From a bacterium (GTDB lineage Bacteria > Bacteroidota > Ignavibacteria > UBA10030): a stretch of 19,786 nt of DNA. Positions 1 through 9,399 of this stretch are shown in pieces. A program made the position numbers and the translations under genes. Below the pieces are notes generated by a model, which searched no databases, was not told the origin of the DNA, and saw nothing but the letters and a program-made list of their open reading frames with translations. The DNA lies in the NCBI GenBank assembly GCA_043803945.1, contig JAZDJN010000060.1:1-19786 (forward strand), in the 5' to 3' direction. The first letter of the stretch is position 1, and each line of letters opens with the position of its first letter.

Positions 1-1
1 G

Positions 2-133
2 ATCTTGAAATTATTAAAAGGTGTTACTGATGCCACGTTAAGAGATAGTTTGACCGGGGAGGAATTTGTTCTTCGCTCTTCCGACAGCAATGAAATTCAA
101 GAGATCCTAAAACAATTGGCAATAACTCGCTAA
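2..133 (+). CDS. 3' end of a gene entering from the left edge; possibly an IS1634/IS4-like transposase C-terminus
   Basis: Open frame from nt 2 to TAA at 131-133: ILKLLKGVTDATLRDSLTGEEFVLRSSDSNEIQEILKQLAITR*. It converges on the terminator at 212-250. The transposase resemblance is from recalled pattern only. Confidence 0.45.
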   Translation: MLKLLKGVTDATLRDSLTGEEFVLRSSDSNEIQEILKQLAITR

Positions 134-211
134 TTCAGCGAAATTTTCAAGACAACACCCCTTGTCATACTAATTTGGACAAGTCGGGAAATATTTGGAT
201 TTGCAGCAAAT

Positions 212-250
212 AAAAAAGGCTCACTTTCTTAACAAGTGAGCCCTTTTTTT
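212..250. terminator. Bidirectional rho-independent terminator
   Basis: A6 tract, stem GGCTCACTT (218-226) / AAGTGAGCC (234-242), then a T7 tract. It lies between two convergent genes. Confidence 0.85.
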
Positions 251-267
251 ATTCTTAAGATAGTGAA

Positions 268-3200
268 TTAAAGCACTTTGCAATTTATCGTAAGTAATTG
301 TGGTCCAATACCGGGAGCATCAATAGAAATGATCACATTCAATAATTGACCCGATGTTGGAGTGCCAGGGACAGAAAGATCGCTCACAACAATTGAGAAT
401 GTCGTAACATTTGGACCCGGATCGACTACGTAAGAACCATTCGGCATCGTGAAACCCTGATCACTGTTTAATCCGCCGCTCACTGCGAATTTTACTCCGG
501 AGAGATTAGAGGTAAAGTCTACTTTTGTGGTGATGCTGGTCCCAGTTGGAAGTGGATTTCCTCTGGCATCCGTGATCGTGACGGTGATAGGCGCCGAAGA
601 GCCACCGACTGGTACTGTAACATTAGCGGCTGAAGATGTGGCAATAATTGGTCCAGTTGCCCAATTAACCCTTAAACTATCAGCGATTTTCTTACCGTTC
701 TTTCCTGAAGTCTGTGCTACGACCCAGAAAATTCCCGGCCGTTGATAATACGTTGGCCGGCCTGCACTAACTGTACCAGCTACCGTAGGTGCTGGGTTCC
801 CTCCGAGGAATCTCACTAAACCACCTCCATCGAGGTTTGTGGTCGTGTATCCCTGAACGTTTCCAGACCAGGTATGGAAATAAACGACAGTTCCAGAAGC
901 GACAGGATTGCTAAAGGTATCCGCAACCATGACTGTATACGAAGGAAAGTTGGCGAAACTGTAAGCATCTGTCGTCATTGAGAAATGACTTTGCGTCGGG
1001 TCGCCAGCGCGAACGACAATTCTCACCGGTTCAGAAGTCAACACCTTGCCACCTGCCAAGACCACCCGAGCAATCAATTTTACGACTCCTGCCTGTGTTC
1101 CACTGACAATCGACGCACGGACTACACCGCTATTATCAGTACTGTCGCCGCTAGGAATTACTCTTGGTGGTGTCCCACCACCAACATAGGAGTTCGGGTT
1201 AAATTCAATATTGAAGCTAACAAACGTGCGCTTCGTCGCATCGATTGGTGTACCTAAAGAGTCTTTAATGGTATAGGTTATGATTGAATTCTCATTTCCA
1301 CCAACACCTGCGATATCAATTGCAGAAAATGTTGGGAGACTCACACTGATTTGAGCGGGAAGCTTGGCGGATGGCGGTATCGTTGATATCTGTACACCTG
1401 GTAGAACGCGGCCATCAATCGTATGAGTCTTATTACCGTTAGAACTGCTTACATCAATAAGAATTTTTACTGGTCCTGAAGAACCTCTAGTTCTCTTATC
1501 GCGAACTTGAACAGAAAAATTTGTATAGCGTTGATCATACGTGTCAGGTAAAATGACAGATTTATCTCCCGAGATTTCTAAGTCACCAGATCCATCACCT
1601 GTTACGCTGACGGAAATCGATGTTCCTGCGGATAATGGATTTCCATTCTGATCTTGCACCTTAAATGCGAAATTATAATCTCCACTATCGGGAATTTCAA
1701 AGCTCGCTGTCGGTGCAATAATCCGAGTTTCTCCTGAAAATATCACAGAATCGCTCTTTGAGATAGTTGTACCATCACCCCCGATGGTTTTTGCTGTAAC
1801 AACAGCCACACCACCGATCGGACGTGGTTGTGCGGTGATCAGCTCCACAGAGGCCATACCATCTATATTCGTTTGAGCAGCAGGTTGGATGATTCCTCCG
1901 GTTGTGGTAAAGTAGATAGCGGTTCCGGCTTGGACTGGATTTCCATCCTTATCGCCGAGAATGACACTGATCTTATCCCGGAGGTTATCAAAGAGTAAAC
2001 CGGGAATGTTTACTTTCTCACGCGTCATGCTAAACCGCTCTGGAACCGGTAATCCCCCTGATACGGTAATCTTGACGGGCGAGGAGGTGAGTGTTCGGCC
2101 AAGAACAGTCGTCTTTGCGATCACCTGGACAACACCTGCTTTTGTTCCAGCATTGAAAGTTGTACTAACAGTGCCATAGGCATCCGTCGAATCGGCTGAG
2201 GGAGAAATAAATTCACCTCCACCCAGGCCGCCTGTTGGGGCTATCTGGAATGTGATATACGCTCGTTTTGCTAACTCGACCGCCGTTCCAACTGAATCGC
2301 GTGCAATGAATGTCAGCTTTATCGATTCCTCTGCTCCGGTACCACGGACGGAAACCTGATTGCTACTGATGGATAACATCGTCAATGATGAAGCATATCC
2401 TGATTTTGCTCCACCTGACGGCGGAGGCACGATCACTGATCCATCACCAGGAAGGACAACTCCATTAAAACTCGTCGTCACATTTCCGTTCTCACTCGTT
2501 ACGGTCACAGTAATTGTGACAACGCCGGAAGCACCTGCTTTTTTTATATCCTTTACACGAATATTGAAGAGCGTGGCATTTGGATCATCGGTATCGCCAA
2601 GAACTTTTCCAGCATCTCCAGTAAATTGTAAGTCAGCAGCACCTGGACCCTCCGCTTTCACGTTTACACTTGTACCTTTGGTGAGTGGATTTCCAGCCGT
2701 GTCTTCTACATAGATAGGAAGTACGGCTTCACTGCTATCCGGCAATTGGAACGACTGAGGAGTGCGAACTCTTGTTTTCCCTGAAAACAAAATTTGAGTT
2801 TGCTTGGAAATTGTAACTCCATTCTCTCCAATCGTCCGTGCGGTTATGACGGCGATTCCATTCGTCGGCCTTGGATCGCCGGTGATCAGTGAAACTGCCG
2901 CTTGTCCATCAACATCTGTTATCGCAGAAGGCTGGATTATTCCACCTGTCGTTGTAAAATAGATCGCCGTACCGGGAGGAACGGGATTGCCTTCTTTATC
3001 GCCGACAATCACTGAAACCTGGGCACGCAATCCGTTTACAATACCTCCTGCAATATTCGCTACCGATCGGGCAATGGAAAATCGCTCGAGGACGGGCATT
3101 CCGCCAGAAATCGTGATTCGCACAGGGCTGGATTTAATGGTCAGCGAGGTTCCTGGAACCGTTGCAGATGCAACCACCTGTAACACACCTGCTTTCGATC

Positions 3201-3834
3201 CGCTTGTGATAGTTGTTGTAACTTGACCATTTCCCGGATCAGTATCTTGTGACGGTGGAAATATATACTCTCCTCCTGCAGGTCCACCGAGTAATTGGAA
3301 ATTTACATTGAGCTTATTTGAACCGCCAACTGGTACACCCAGCGAATCGCGGACTTCAAATATTAGGAGGGAGGACTCATTTTGGCCGCCTGCTCCACGA
3401 ATTGAAATATTCGGGTTCGTGATACTCAAGAGCACGATATTGGCTGGTTTACCTGAGGAGACACCCACCGATGTACCTGTGGGTTTCAATTTTAGATAAA
3501 CATTTGCGGTATCGGTCCCCGGCACGAGGGTGAATGAAGCTGTATCATTCCCATAGTTCGGGGCACTTGCGAAGAGCAGAGCTTTATAGGATGTCGTGAT
3601 GTCGTACTTTAATTTGAATGACCCATCAGATTTTGACGTGTCCCGTAAGAGCAATTTGTCATCGCGAACGATAGCACCGGGGATAGCCGTGAGGTTATCA
3701 TTCCGCACGACAAATCCGGTGACCTGTGTAATGAGTGTTGTTGTAGTCACTTCAGGCTCAGTTGGATTTTGGCAAGCTGAATGAAGCAGGAGCACTACAA
3801 CAAATCCCCAAAAGAGCAACAATCGTTTATTCAT
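268..3834 (-). CDS. Large lipoprotein with tandem bacterial Ig-like (invasin/intimin Big_1-type) domains; putative adhesin or surface protein
   Basis: Probable start is ATG 3834 (Met17 of the ORF, AAGGGA upstream), giving signal MNKRLLLFWGFVVVLLLHSA-C. Recurrent Big_1-like motifs (D-x-x-GNP-V/L, 'GTAIYFTTTGG', 'TDVDGQA'). Three ~350-aa super-repeats; G/T/S/V-rich beta composition. Confidence 0.8.
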   Translation of the reverse strand: MNKRLLLFWGFVVVLLLHSACQNPTEPEVTTTTLITQVTGFVVRNDNLTAIPGAIVRDDKLLLRDTSKSDGSFKLKYDITTSYKALLFASAPNYGNDTASFTLVPGTDTANVYLKLKPTGTSVGVSSGKPANIVLLSITNPNISIRGAGGQNESSLLIFEVRDSLGVPVGGSNKLNVNFQLLGGPAGGEYIFPPSQDTDPGNGQVTTTITSGSKAGVLQVVASATVPGTSLTIKSSPVRITISGGMPVLERFSIARSVANIAGGIVNGLRAQVSVIVGDKEGNPVPPGTAIYFTTTGGIIQPSAITDVDGQAAVSLITGDPRPTNGIAVITARTIGENGVTISKQTQILFSGKTRVRTPQSFQLPDSSEAVLPIYVEDTAGNPLTKGTSVNVKAEGPGAADLQFTGDAGKVLGDTDDPNATLFNIRVKDIKKAGASGVVTITVTVTSENGNVTTSFNGVVLPGDGSVIVPPPSGGAKSGYASSLTMLSISSNQVSVRGTGAEESIKLTFIARDSVGTAVELAKRAYITFQIAPTGGLGGGEFISPSADSTDAYGTVSTTFNAGTKAGVVQVIAKTTVLGRTLTSSPVKITVSGGLPVPERFSMTREKVNIPGLLFDNLRDKISVILGDKDGNPVQAGTAIYFTTTGGIIQPAAQTNIDGMASVELITAQPRPIGGVAVVTAKTIGGDGTTISKSDSVIFSGETRIIAPTASFEIPDSGDYNFAFKVQDQNGNPLSAGTSISVSVTGDGSGDLEISGDKSVILPDTYDQRYTNFSVQVRDKRTRGSSGPVKILIDVSSSNGNKTHTIDGRVLPGVQISTIPPSAKLPAQISVSLPTFSAIDIAGVGGNENSIITYTIKDSLGTPIDATKRTFVSFNIEFNPNSYVGGGTPPRVIPSGDSTDNSGVVRASIVSGTQAGVVKLIARVVLAGGKVLTSEPVRIVVRAGDPTQSHFSMTTDAYSFANFPSYTVMVADTFSNPVASGTVVYFHTWSGNVQGYTTTNLDGGGLVRFLGGNPAPTVAGTVSAGRPTYYQRPGIFWVVAQTSGKNGKKIADSLRVNWATGPIIATSSAANVTVPVGGSSAPITVTITDARGNPLPTGTSITTKVDFTSNLSGVKFAVSGGLNSDQGFTMPNGSYVVDPGPNVTTFSIVVSDLSVPGTPTSGQLLNVIISIDAPGIGPQLLTINCKVL

Positions 3835-3878
3835 GACACAATCCCTTTGTGTGAAAATGCATAGATTAGACAAATGCT

Positions 3879-5120
3879 TCATTGCTTTTTCAACTGATAC
3901 TTCTTCAAATCTTCCTGATTTTTCAACAATTTCTCTTCATACACACCCTTTTGAGCCTGCATCTTCTCAATGCGCTCATCAACGGTTGGCAGTAACTCGG
4001 CCTTCAGAAGCACAAAAAGCTCCTTCTTTTGCATTGAGAACGCATCATAACCAAAAATGTACCGCAGGCCAAGAACCCACCAAGGTAGATCTTTTAGCAC
4101 TGGAATCCCTTCTCTCTTCACAATTTCTGACGAGGTTATGAGACCAGCCACATAATCTTCTTCTCCATTCAGGAGAAGTTTACTGCTTCTCCCAGTCGTC
4201 TTATCTACAGTGATATTGGAACCACCTGTTACTGGAGAGCTGCGTTCAAGCTCAAAGTCTACGGCAATAATTTCTGTTGGGCCATAGGCAAAGATTCTCG
4301 GTGATACTTTAAGAATTACACCTGTACTCACGAACCTATCCATCAAGTTCCCAGCAATATCTCTCTCTTTGATGGAAATGTCGGAACCGATTTGAACGAA
4401 TCCCGATCCACCATTTTTCACAGTGACTTGCGGACGGGAGATCACTTCTCCTAATCCTTCCTGTTCAAAAATTCGAAGTGCGGTCGAGATATCGAATGTA
4501 ACTTTTTTTCCAGTCGGCTGTGCAGTGATCTCAAAGATATTGGACGCGACACGATCTGCACCGGTGAACTCCACGCCGATATTCATATCTCTTCCCCGGA
4601 ACAATGAAAAGCTGATACCGGACTCCTTCATTTTCGATTGATTAATCTCGATAAAAACGCAGGAGATCTGAACTTCGCGCATTTTAGCATAGATTTGGCC
4701 TGAGTCGATACGAGAGGCCGTTGAAACAGCCGGGCCCGCGGCACCGGCTACACCCGGAGCTCCAGCCACGATAATCTGTAAAAAATCAGCAGTCTCGCTG
4801 TACCAAAGGGTATTAGTTTTCAGCACAAGCTCGAGGGCATCCCGCCAGTACATCTGCCTGATGTCGACACCAATCTTTGTGGAGAGCGGATTTGGATCGC
4901 TAATAGGCTTTTTGAGAAATTTCTTGCTCATATCATTGAAAATTTGCATTGCCTCAGGGTAGAGAAGTTCTTTGCTCATTGTTACCAACTCCTCTTGGGT
5001 AACTCCATACTTTCCTTTTGCTGCCCGTTTAAGCATTTGTTCATCTTTTGCTTGAGAAAACAGCACAGAGCTAATGAACAATGCGAGGCAAACAAAAACG
5101 ATGGGAGACAGACGTTTCAT
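3879..5120 (-). CDS. pilQ: Type IV pilus secretin, PilQ-like, compact
   Basis: Start reassigned to ATG 5120 (GAGGG upstream; signal MKRLSPIVFVCLALFISSVLFSQA). N0-like segment 'IGVDIRQMYWRDALELVL'. Secretin signatures 'SRPQVTV', 'GVILKVSPRI', 'GIPVLKDLP..LGLRYIFG', 'KKELFVLL'. Position follows the pilMNOP equivalents. Confidence 0.85.
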   Translation of the reverse strand: MKRLSPIVFVCLALFISSVLFSQAKDEQMLKRAAKGKYGVTQEELVTMSKELLYPEAMQIFNDMSKKFLKKPISDPNPLSTKIGVDIRQMYWRDALELVLKTNTLWYSETADFLQIIVAGAPGVAGAAGPAVSTASRIDSGQIYAKMREVQISCVFIEINQSKMKESGISFSLFRGRDMNIGVEFTGADRVASNIFEITAQPTGKKVTFDISTALRIFEQEGLGEVISRPQVTVKNGGSGFVQIGSDISIKERDIAGNLMDRFVSTGVILKVSPRIFAYGPTEIIAVDFELERSSPVTGGSNITVDKTTGRSSKLLLNGEEDYVAGLITSSEIVKREGIPVLKDLPWWVLGLRYIFGYDAFSMQKKELFVLLKAELLPTVDERIEKMQAQKGVYEEKLLKNQEDLKKYQLKKQ

Positions 5121-5130
5121 AGAGCCCTCG

Positions 5131-6039
5131 TTATCGTTTCTTAATAGATTTTTCAAATAATATTTTCTTTTCTATAATCTTTGAGATACCACCTTCATTC
5201 ACTTTAAATTCTACTTTTCCATCAGTGGTGCTAATTTTGCTAACATATCCACGCCACACCTGATCACCAAGATGGAGAATTATCAAATCACCCATATACA
5301 TCACGAATGCTTTGCCTGGAAGAACAGCACGTACTTCCACTCTGGTGGGATCGATCTCGTCTTCCGGTGCGGTCATCGGGAGAGATTGAACGATGTATGG
5401 ATTGAATGGGTTGAAAGGCGCTTGAGACGATGTGAGAGATTTTGCTGCCAACGAGGTACCCAACTCTTGGATACTCGTGTAATACGCGTGCAATTCCAAT
5501 GTGAAGGCTAGCCACTTCTTTGTGGTTTTCGTCGCCTCGTCTGCTGTTTCTTTTCCTTCAAAGGTAATCCAATTGATCTTATAGAGTCGATTCCCATTCT
5601 CAAGGAAATAGACAAACTTGTAGAGGCTTTCGAATTCTCCTTCACCCTCGGAGAGGAGATATGTATTATATCCATAGGCTCCGAAATCTTTCGAACCTGT
5701 GAAGTCGAGATTAAATTTCGGCTCCTCTTCTTCGACCTTCGTTACTTCATCAACACCCTGACTAATGTAAGCGTACGTCTGTGATGTGATATCAAAGGAG
5801 GGAATAATTTTACTCCGTGAATCGTACTTTCGCTTCGTATCTGTCAATGTTACTGACAAATCGTAAACCTCCTTCATTGTAGAAGGCAGATTCTGCAATT
5901 CCTGCTCTATCTTATCCAATTCCGCTTTCGATGCTAATAATTTCTTCGGTTGGAAATACCCCCAATAGACCAGTCCTGCTGCTACAACGAGCACCAGTAC
6001 AGCACTAATGACAATTGAGTTTCGTATTTTATAGGACAT
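5131..6039 (-). CDS. pilO: PilO-like alignment protein with a C-terminal PilP-like domain
   Basis: N-terminal TM helix, coiled coil, and PilO-like 'GEFESLYKFVYFLENGNRLYKI'. The C-terminal 'FNPF...GKAFV...LHLGDQVWRGYVSKI' resembles the PilP beta domain. It sits between pilMN and pilQ. Confidence 0.65.
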   Translation of the reverse strand: MSYKIRNSIVISAVLVLVVAAGLVYWGYFQPKKLLASKAELDKIEQELQNLPSTMKEVYDLSVTLTDTKRKYDSRSKIIPSFDITSQTYAYISQGVDEVTKVEEEEPKFNLDFTGSKDFGAYGYNTYLLSEGEGEFESLYKFVYFLENGNRLYKINWITFEGKETADEATKTTKKWLAFTLELHAYYTSIQELGTSLAAKSLTSSQAPFNPFNPYIVQSLPMTAPEDEIDPTRVEVRAVLPGKAFVMYMGDLIILHLGDQVWRGYVSKISTTDGKVEFKVNEGGISKIIEKKILFEKSIKKR

Positions 6040-6061
6040 ACGTCACCTTGACGTGATTTGA

Positions 6062-7645
6062 TTACGGACTTGGTCGTCTTTCTTGACCTTTATCAATCTT
6101 CTCAACAATAAGTTCAAATTCATATAAAGTCTTTCCACGAACTGAGACCGGCTTTACTGATTTCAGGGTCGCTCTTTCAAAGACATTGGCGAATCTCGAA
6201 ATCCGATTCCGGTAAACAGATCGTCCGGTAATCCTCAAGTAAGCCGGATTATCATCGCGGGCAATTTTCGAAACCCATAAGGGACTAAGATCTTCGACAC
6301 TATTTGCCAAATAGTGCAGAACTCGACTCCAACGGTCACTTCCGGGTGCAAGGCTATCATAGAGAGTTGCTGCGTCGCGAAATCGGTTGATTTCCTTCGT
6401 GAGAAATTCCTTCTGTTCCCGTAATCTGTTCAGATCTTCAATTTGCGTTTTCTTGTTTTCAAGTTGCCGGGAAAGAGAAGCAATCTCCTCATTGCGCGAT
6501 TTAATAGAGACTAAGAAGAAGACAATTGATCCCATAAGTAGGGGCAACAGCAACCATCCATGCCAGGCTAATTTAAACGCCTTCTGTCCTTCGAGAATCG
6601 AAATGGGACATAAATTAACGGCATAGAAACCGGGGTGTTTCGGTTGCAGCGATTTCCATGCGGCAGCGATTGGGATTGCGTATTCAGAAACCGGCTCACC
6701 ACCGACATCTTGAAATTGACTAAGATCCAATCCGGGTAATTGCAGATAATCCACTGCGGCACTGCTGAACTGAGGTGCGAGTGCTTCACGCAGATTGACT
6801 TTATGGCTTTCTCCGCAGAGAAGGATTCGATCGATGCGAGTAAGGGCAATATTATCCTGTTCAAGAAGAACACGGCTATAAATGGTATTTTCAATATTGG
6901 ATGAACTATAGCCTTCACTGATAATTGGAGCGAAATGCATATAGTCCTTACCCTGCATAAAGATCAATCGGCTGAACTCATTCCCGACGTAAATGATCAC
7001 GGTTACTTCTTCATCCTGAATTTCATAGTTCCCTCTCACCAGCCCAATAAGATCAAGATCAGAGCTATCAATGAGATGAATGAGTGGCAGCCGGTTACCA
7101 ATAAATGGTTTTATCTCCGTGAGCAGGTCAAAGAGTTGAAGTCCATCCTCACGAACTACACTCAACAATCCGCCCGAGGCCGTCGGGATAAGGTCAAGAG
7201 CATCCAAGGCCGGAGGTGAGGCCCGCATCGCGGCTAATTCCTGAGCGATATGTTTCTTGAGTTTTGTTCCCTTCAAACTAGCATCCGAATCGAACTCCTG
7301 ATACGTGATCGCCGGTTCACTTAACGCGAATGAGAGTTCATATTTGGAAGAGGGCAAATCGGTTAATAAACTCAGCAGGACAGAAGCGTTGCTATGTGCC
7401 TCCTCGCCAGGAGTTTCAGAAGAAATGGCGGGTTCAGTGTACGACTCCGTTGAGCCAAAGTCATCGGAACCTCCTCCTCCCTCTTCACCATGATGCTTTT
7501 CTTCGAACTTCTGAGCAAGAGCAACGGTTTTATAATCGCGGAGAGTAACTTTATTTGCCTTGAGAGAGAGTTGTACAAATTGCAGCTCAAGACCATCAAC
7601 AAATAGAGCAACGGCAGTTTTGCCTTGACCAGGTTGATATGGCAT
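6062..7645 (-). CDS. pilM: Fused PilM-PilN alignment protein
   Basis: Actin-like PilM region ('VALFVDGLELQFVQL', 'IIYVGNEFSRLIF', 'IDRILLCGE'). Then the PilN-type 'VNLCP' motif (cf. INLLP), a TM helix, a coiled coil, and PilN-like 'WSRVLHYLANSV..LWVSKI..LRITGRS'. Confidence 0.7.
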   Translation of the reverse strand: MPYQPGQGKTAVALFVDGLELQFVQLSLKANKVTLRDYKTVALAQKFEEKHHGEEGGGGSDDFGSTESYTEPAISSETPGEEAHSNASVLLSLLTDLPSSKYELSFALSEPAITYQEFDSDASLKGTKLKKHIAQELAAMRASPPALDALDLIPTASGGLLSVVREDGLQLFDLLTEIKPFIGNRLPLIHLIDSSDLDLIGLVRGNYEIQDEEVTVIIYVGNEFSRLIFMQGKDYMHFAPIISEGYSSSNIENTIYSRVLLEQDNIALTRIDRILLCGESHKVNLREALAPQFSSAAVDYLQLPGLDLSQFQDVGGEPVSEYAIPIAAAWKSLQPKHPGFYAVNLCPISILEGQKAFKLAWHGWLLLPLLMGSIVFFLVSIKSRNEEIASLSRQLENKKTQIEDLNRLREQKEFLTKEINRFRDAATLYDSLAPGSDRWSRVLHYLANSVEDLSPLWVSKIARDDNPAYLRITGRSVYRNRISRFANVFERATLKSVKPVSVRGKTLYEFELIVEKIDKGQERRPSP

Positions 7646-7718
7646 TTGAAACTCGTTCCCTAATTGTGAATGATATTATCTACTTGACCACCCAAACACT
7701 GATCTACAAACGCACTCG

Positions 7719-9071
7719 TTATCCGCCTGTCCCTGGTGTAATTTGTAAAAGCTGTTGCATGCGTCGTTTGTTATTAGCATAACTTACTGCACTATCCAGC
7801 GAGATCTTCTTCTGCATATAGAGTTTTTTAAGATCCTGCTCCATTGTTGCCATTCCAAACTCATTTCCTTCAGAAATCATCTGATAAATCTCACCGGTAT
7901 TATTATTCTTGATGGCTGCACGAACTGATGGTATTCCAAGCATTACTTCACGAGCTGCAACTCGTTTGCCATCAAGACTGGGAATGAGCTTTTGAGAGAT
8001 AACACAACGTAAGGTATCGCCCAGCCGATTACGCACGCGCTCCTGCTCAACAGGCGGAGTCTCACCGATGATACGGTCAATACTTTCAACTGCTGATGCC
8101 GTATGAAGAGTTGAATAAACTTTATGACCTGAGTCGGTAATTTCAAGTGAGACGAGAATTGTCTCTGGATCTCGCAGTTCACCCACCATAATGATATCGG
8201 GGTCCTGGCGAAGCGCTTGAACTGCTCCATCCTTAAATGACAAGACGTCCCTTCCCACCTCCCGGTGCCTGACGATACATCGATCAGATTTATGAACATA
8301 TTCCACCGGAGAAGCAATGATCACAATATGTCCATCGACTGTATGATTATTCAGATCAATGATTGCATCAAGAGTCGTACTTTTTCCAGAGCCCGTAATA
8401 CCGGTAACGAGACACAATCCTTCCTTTGTGGTTGCCAGGCTCAGAATTTTTGTAACATTTGGATGCAACTCCATCGATTTGTATGGGCGTACGGTATTAT
8501 TAATTGCACGCATATTCAATCCAATTTGATCGAGGTCAAAATATGCGTCCGCTCTAAATCGTCTGAATTCGCCATTCTCCTGATAGAGCATATGGGAGAA
8601 ATCTAAATTTCTATTCTCATACAGGAATGACCGCTGACGTTCACCAATAACACTTTGGATAAGAAAATTCATTTCATCCGGTGAGTAGGTGCCGAGTGCT
8701 TTATCAGGCTTTTTTGAACCGAAAACCCGGTACCAAACCTGCCCCTGTGTACCATATCCGCCCATGTCGATATCAGAAGCATTGATGACAAACATTCGAG
8801 AAAGAAACCAGTTCATCAATGACCGCAATTTCTGTTTGTCTGTTTCATCCATCCGCGCCAAGGTATCACCAATCATCATCTGTCGCTCTAATCCTGTTAC
8901 CGTCTGAGGCAGAGTAGCAGCAAGATCTTTTAAAAGCTTTTTGCTTTCTATCACAAATGGTGGATCAGGGGCTGTGATGGACGGAACTGGTTGCTGGGTT
9001 TGTCCTAATGGTTTTTGGGGTGTTACTGTCGCTGGTTTTGGAGCTGACGGGTTTTGTGTTGGAGTTGTCAT
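7719..9071 (-). CDS. pilT: Type IV pilus retraction ATPase PilT/PilU family
   Basis: Walker A GITGSGKST, 'HREVG', 'ALRQDPDIIMVGELRD', His box 'GHKVYSTLHT', 'VISQKL', 'GMATMEQDL'. Confidence 0.92.
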   Translation of the reverse strand: MTTPTQNPSAPKPATVTPQKPLGQTQQPVPSITAPDPPFVIESKKLLKDLAATLPQTVTGLERQMMIGDTLARMDETDKQKLRSLMNWFLSRMFVINASDIDMGGYGTQGQVWYRVFGSKKPDKALGTYSPDEMNFLIQSVIGERQRSFLYENRNLDFSHMLYQENGEFRRFRADAYFDLDQIGLNMRAINNTVRPYKSMELHPNVTKILSLATTKEGLCLVTGITGSGKSTTLDAIIDLNNHTVDGHIVIIASPVEYVHKSDRCIVRHREVGRDVLSFKDGAVQALRQDPDIIMVGELRDPETILVSLEITDSGHKVYSTLHTASAVESIDRIIGETPPVEQERVRNRLGDTLRCVISQKLIPSLDGKRVAAREVMLGIPSVRAAIKNNNTGEIYQMISEGNEFGMATMEQDLKKLYMQKKISLDSAVSYANNKRRMQQLLQITPGTGG

Positions 9072-9399
9072 TGAACTGGACTGGTATTGATCCTTGGGGA
9101 TTCTATTAATATCTCTACACTTGAATTATAGCCCAGAATCAGAGCACAGGTGATAATAATAAACTTCAATGGAAAATGCAACTCTGTTAAAGAGTATTTT
9201 TTAAGGTTACGAGTATCCTCCATATTTACTATGAAGATAGTCCCGCTCAACCTCGTACCCTGGATCATACAACCTGTCTCGGTCCTTCTTCAATTAGGGC
9301 CATACCAATCTGATTTTCGGTGCATTTGATTTGTTTCAGGTCTTTACATACCTAAAAAAGCTATTTCGAGGATATCTTTATCGGGCGAGATAAGATTCT

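Noticed and set aside
9068-9268. 66-aa ORF between pilB and pilT
   Set aside because: No recognisable motif or clear RBS in an AT-rich stretch; more likely intergenic. A TATAAT at 9130-9125 (minus strand) lacks a convincing -35 and was not called.
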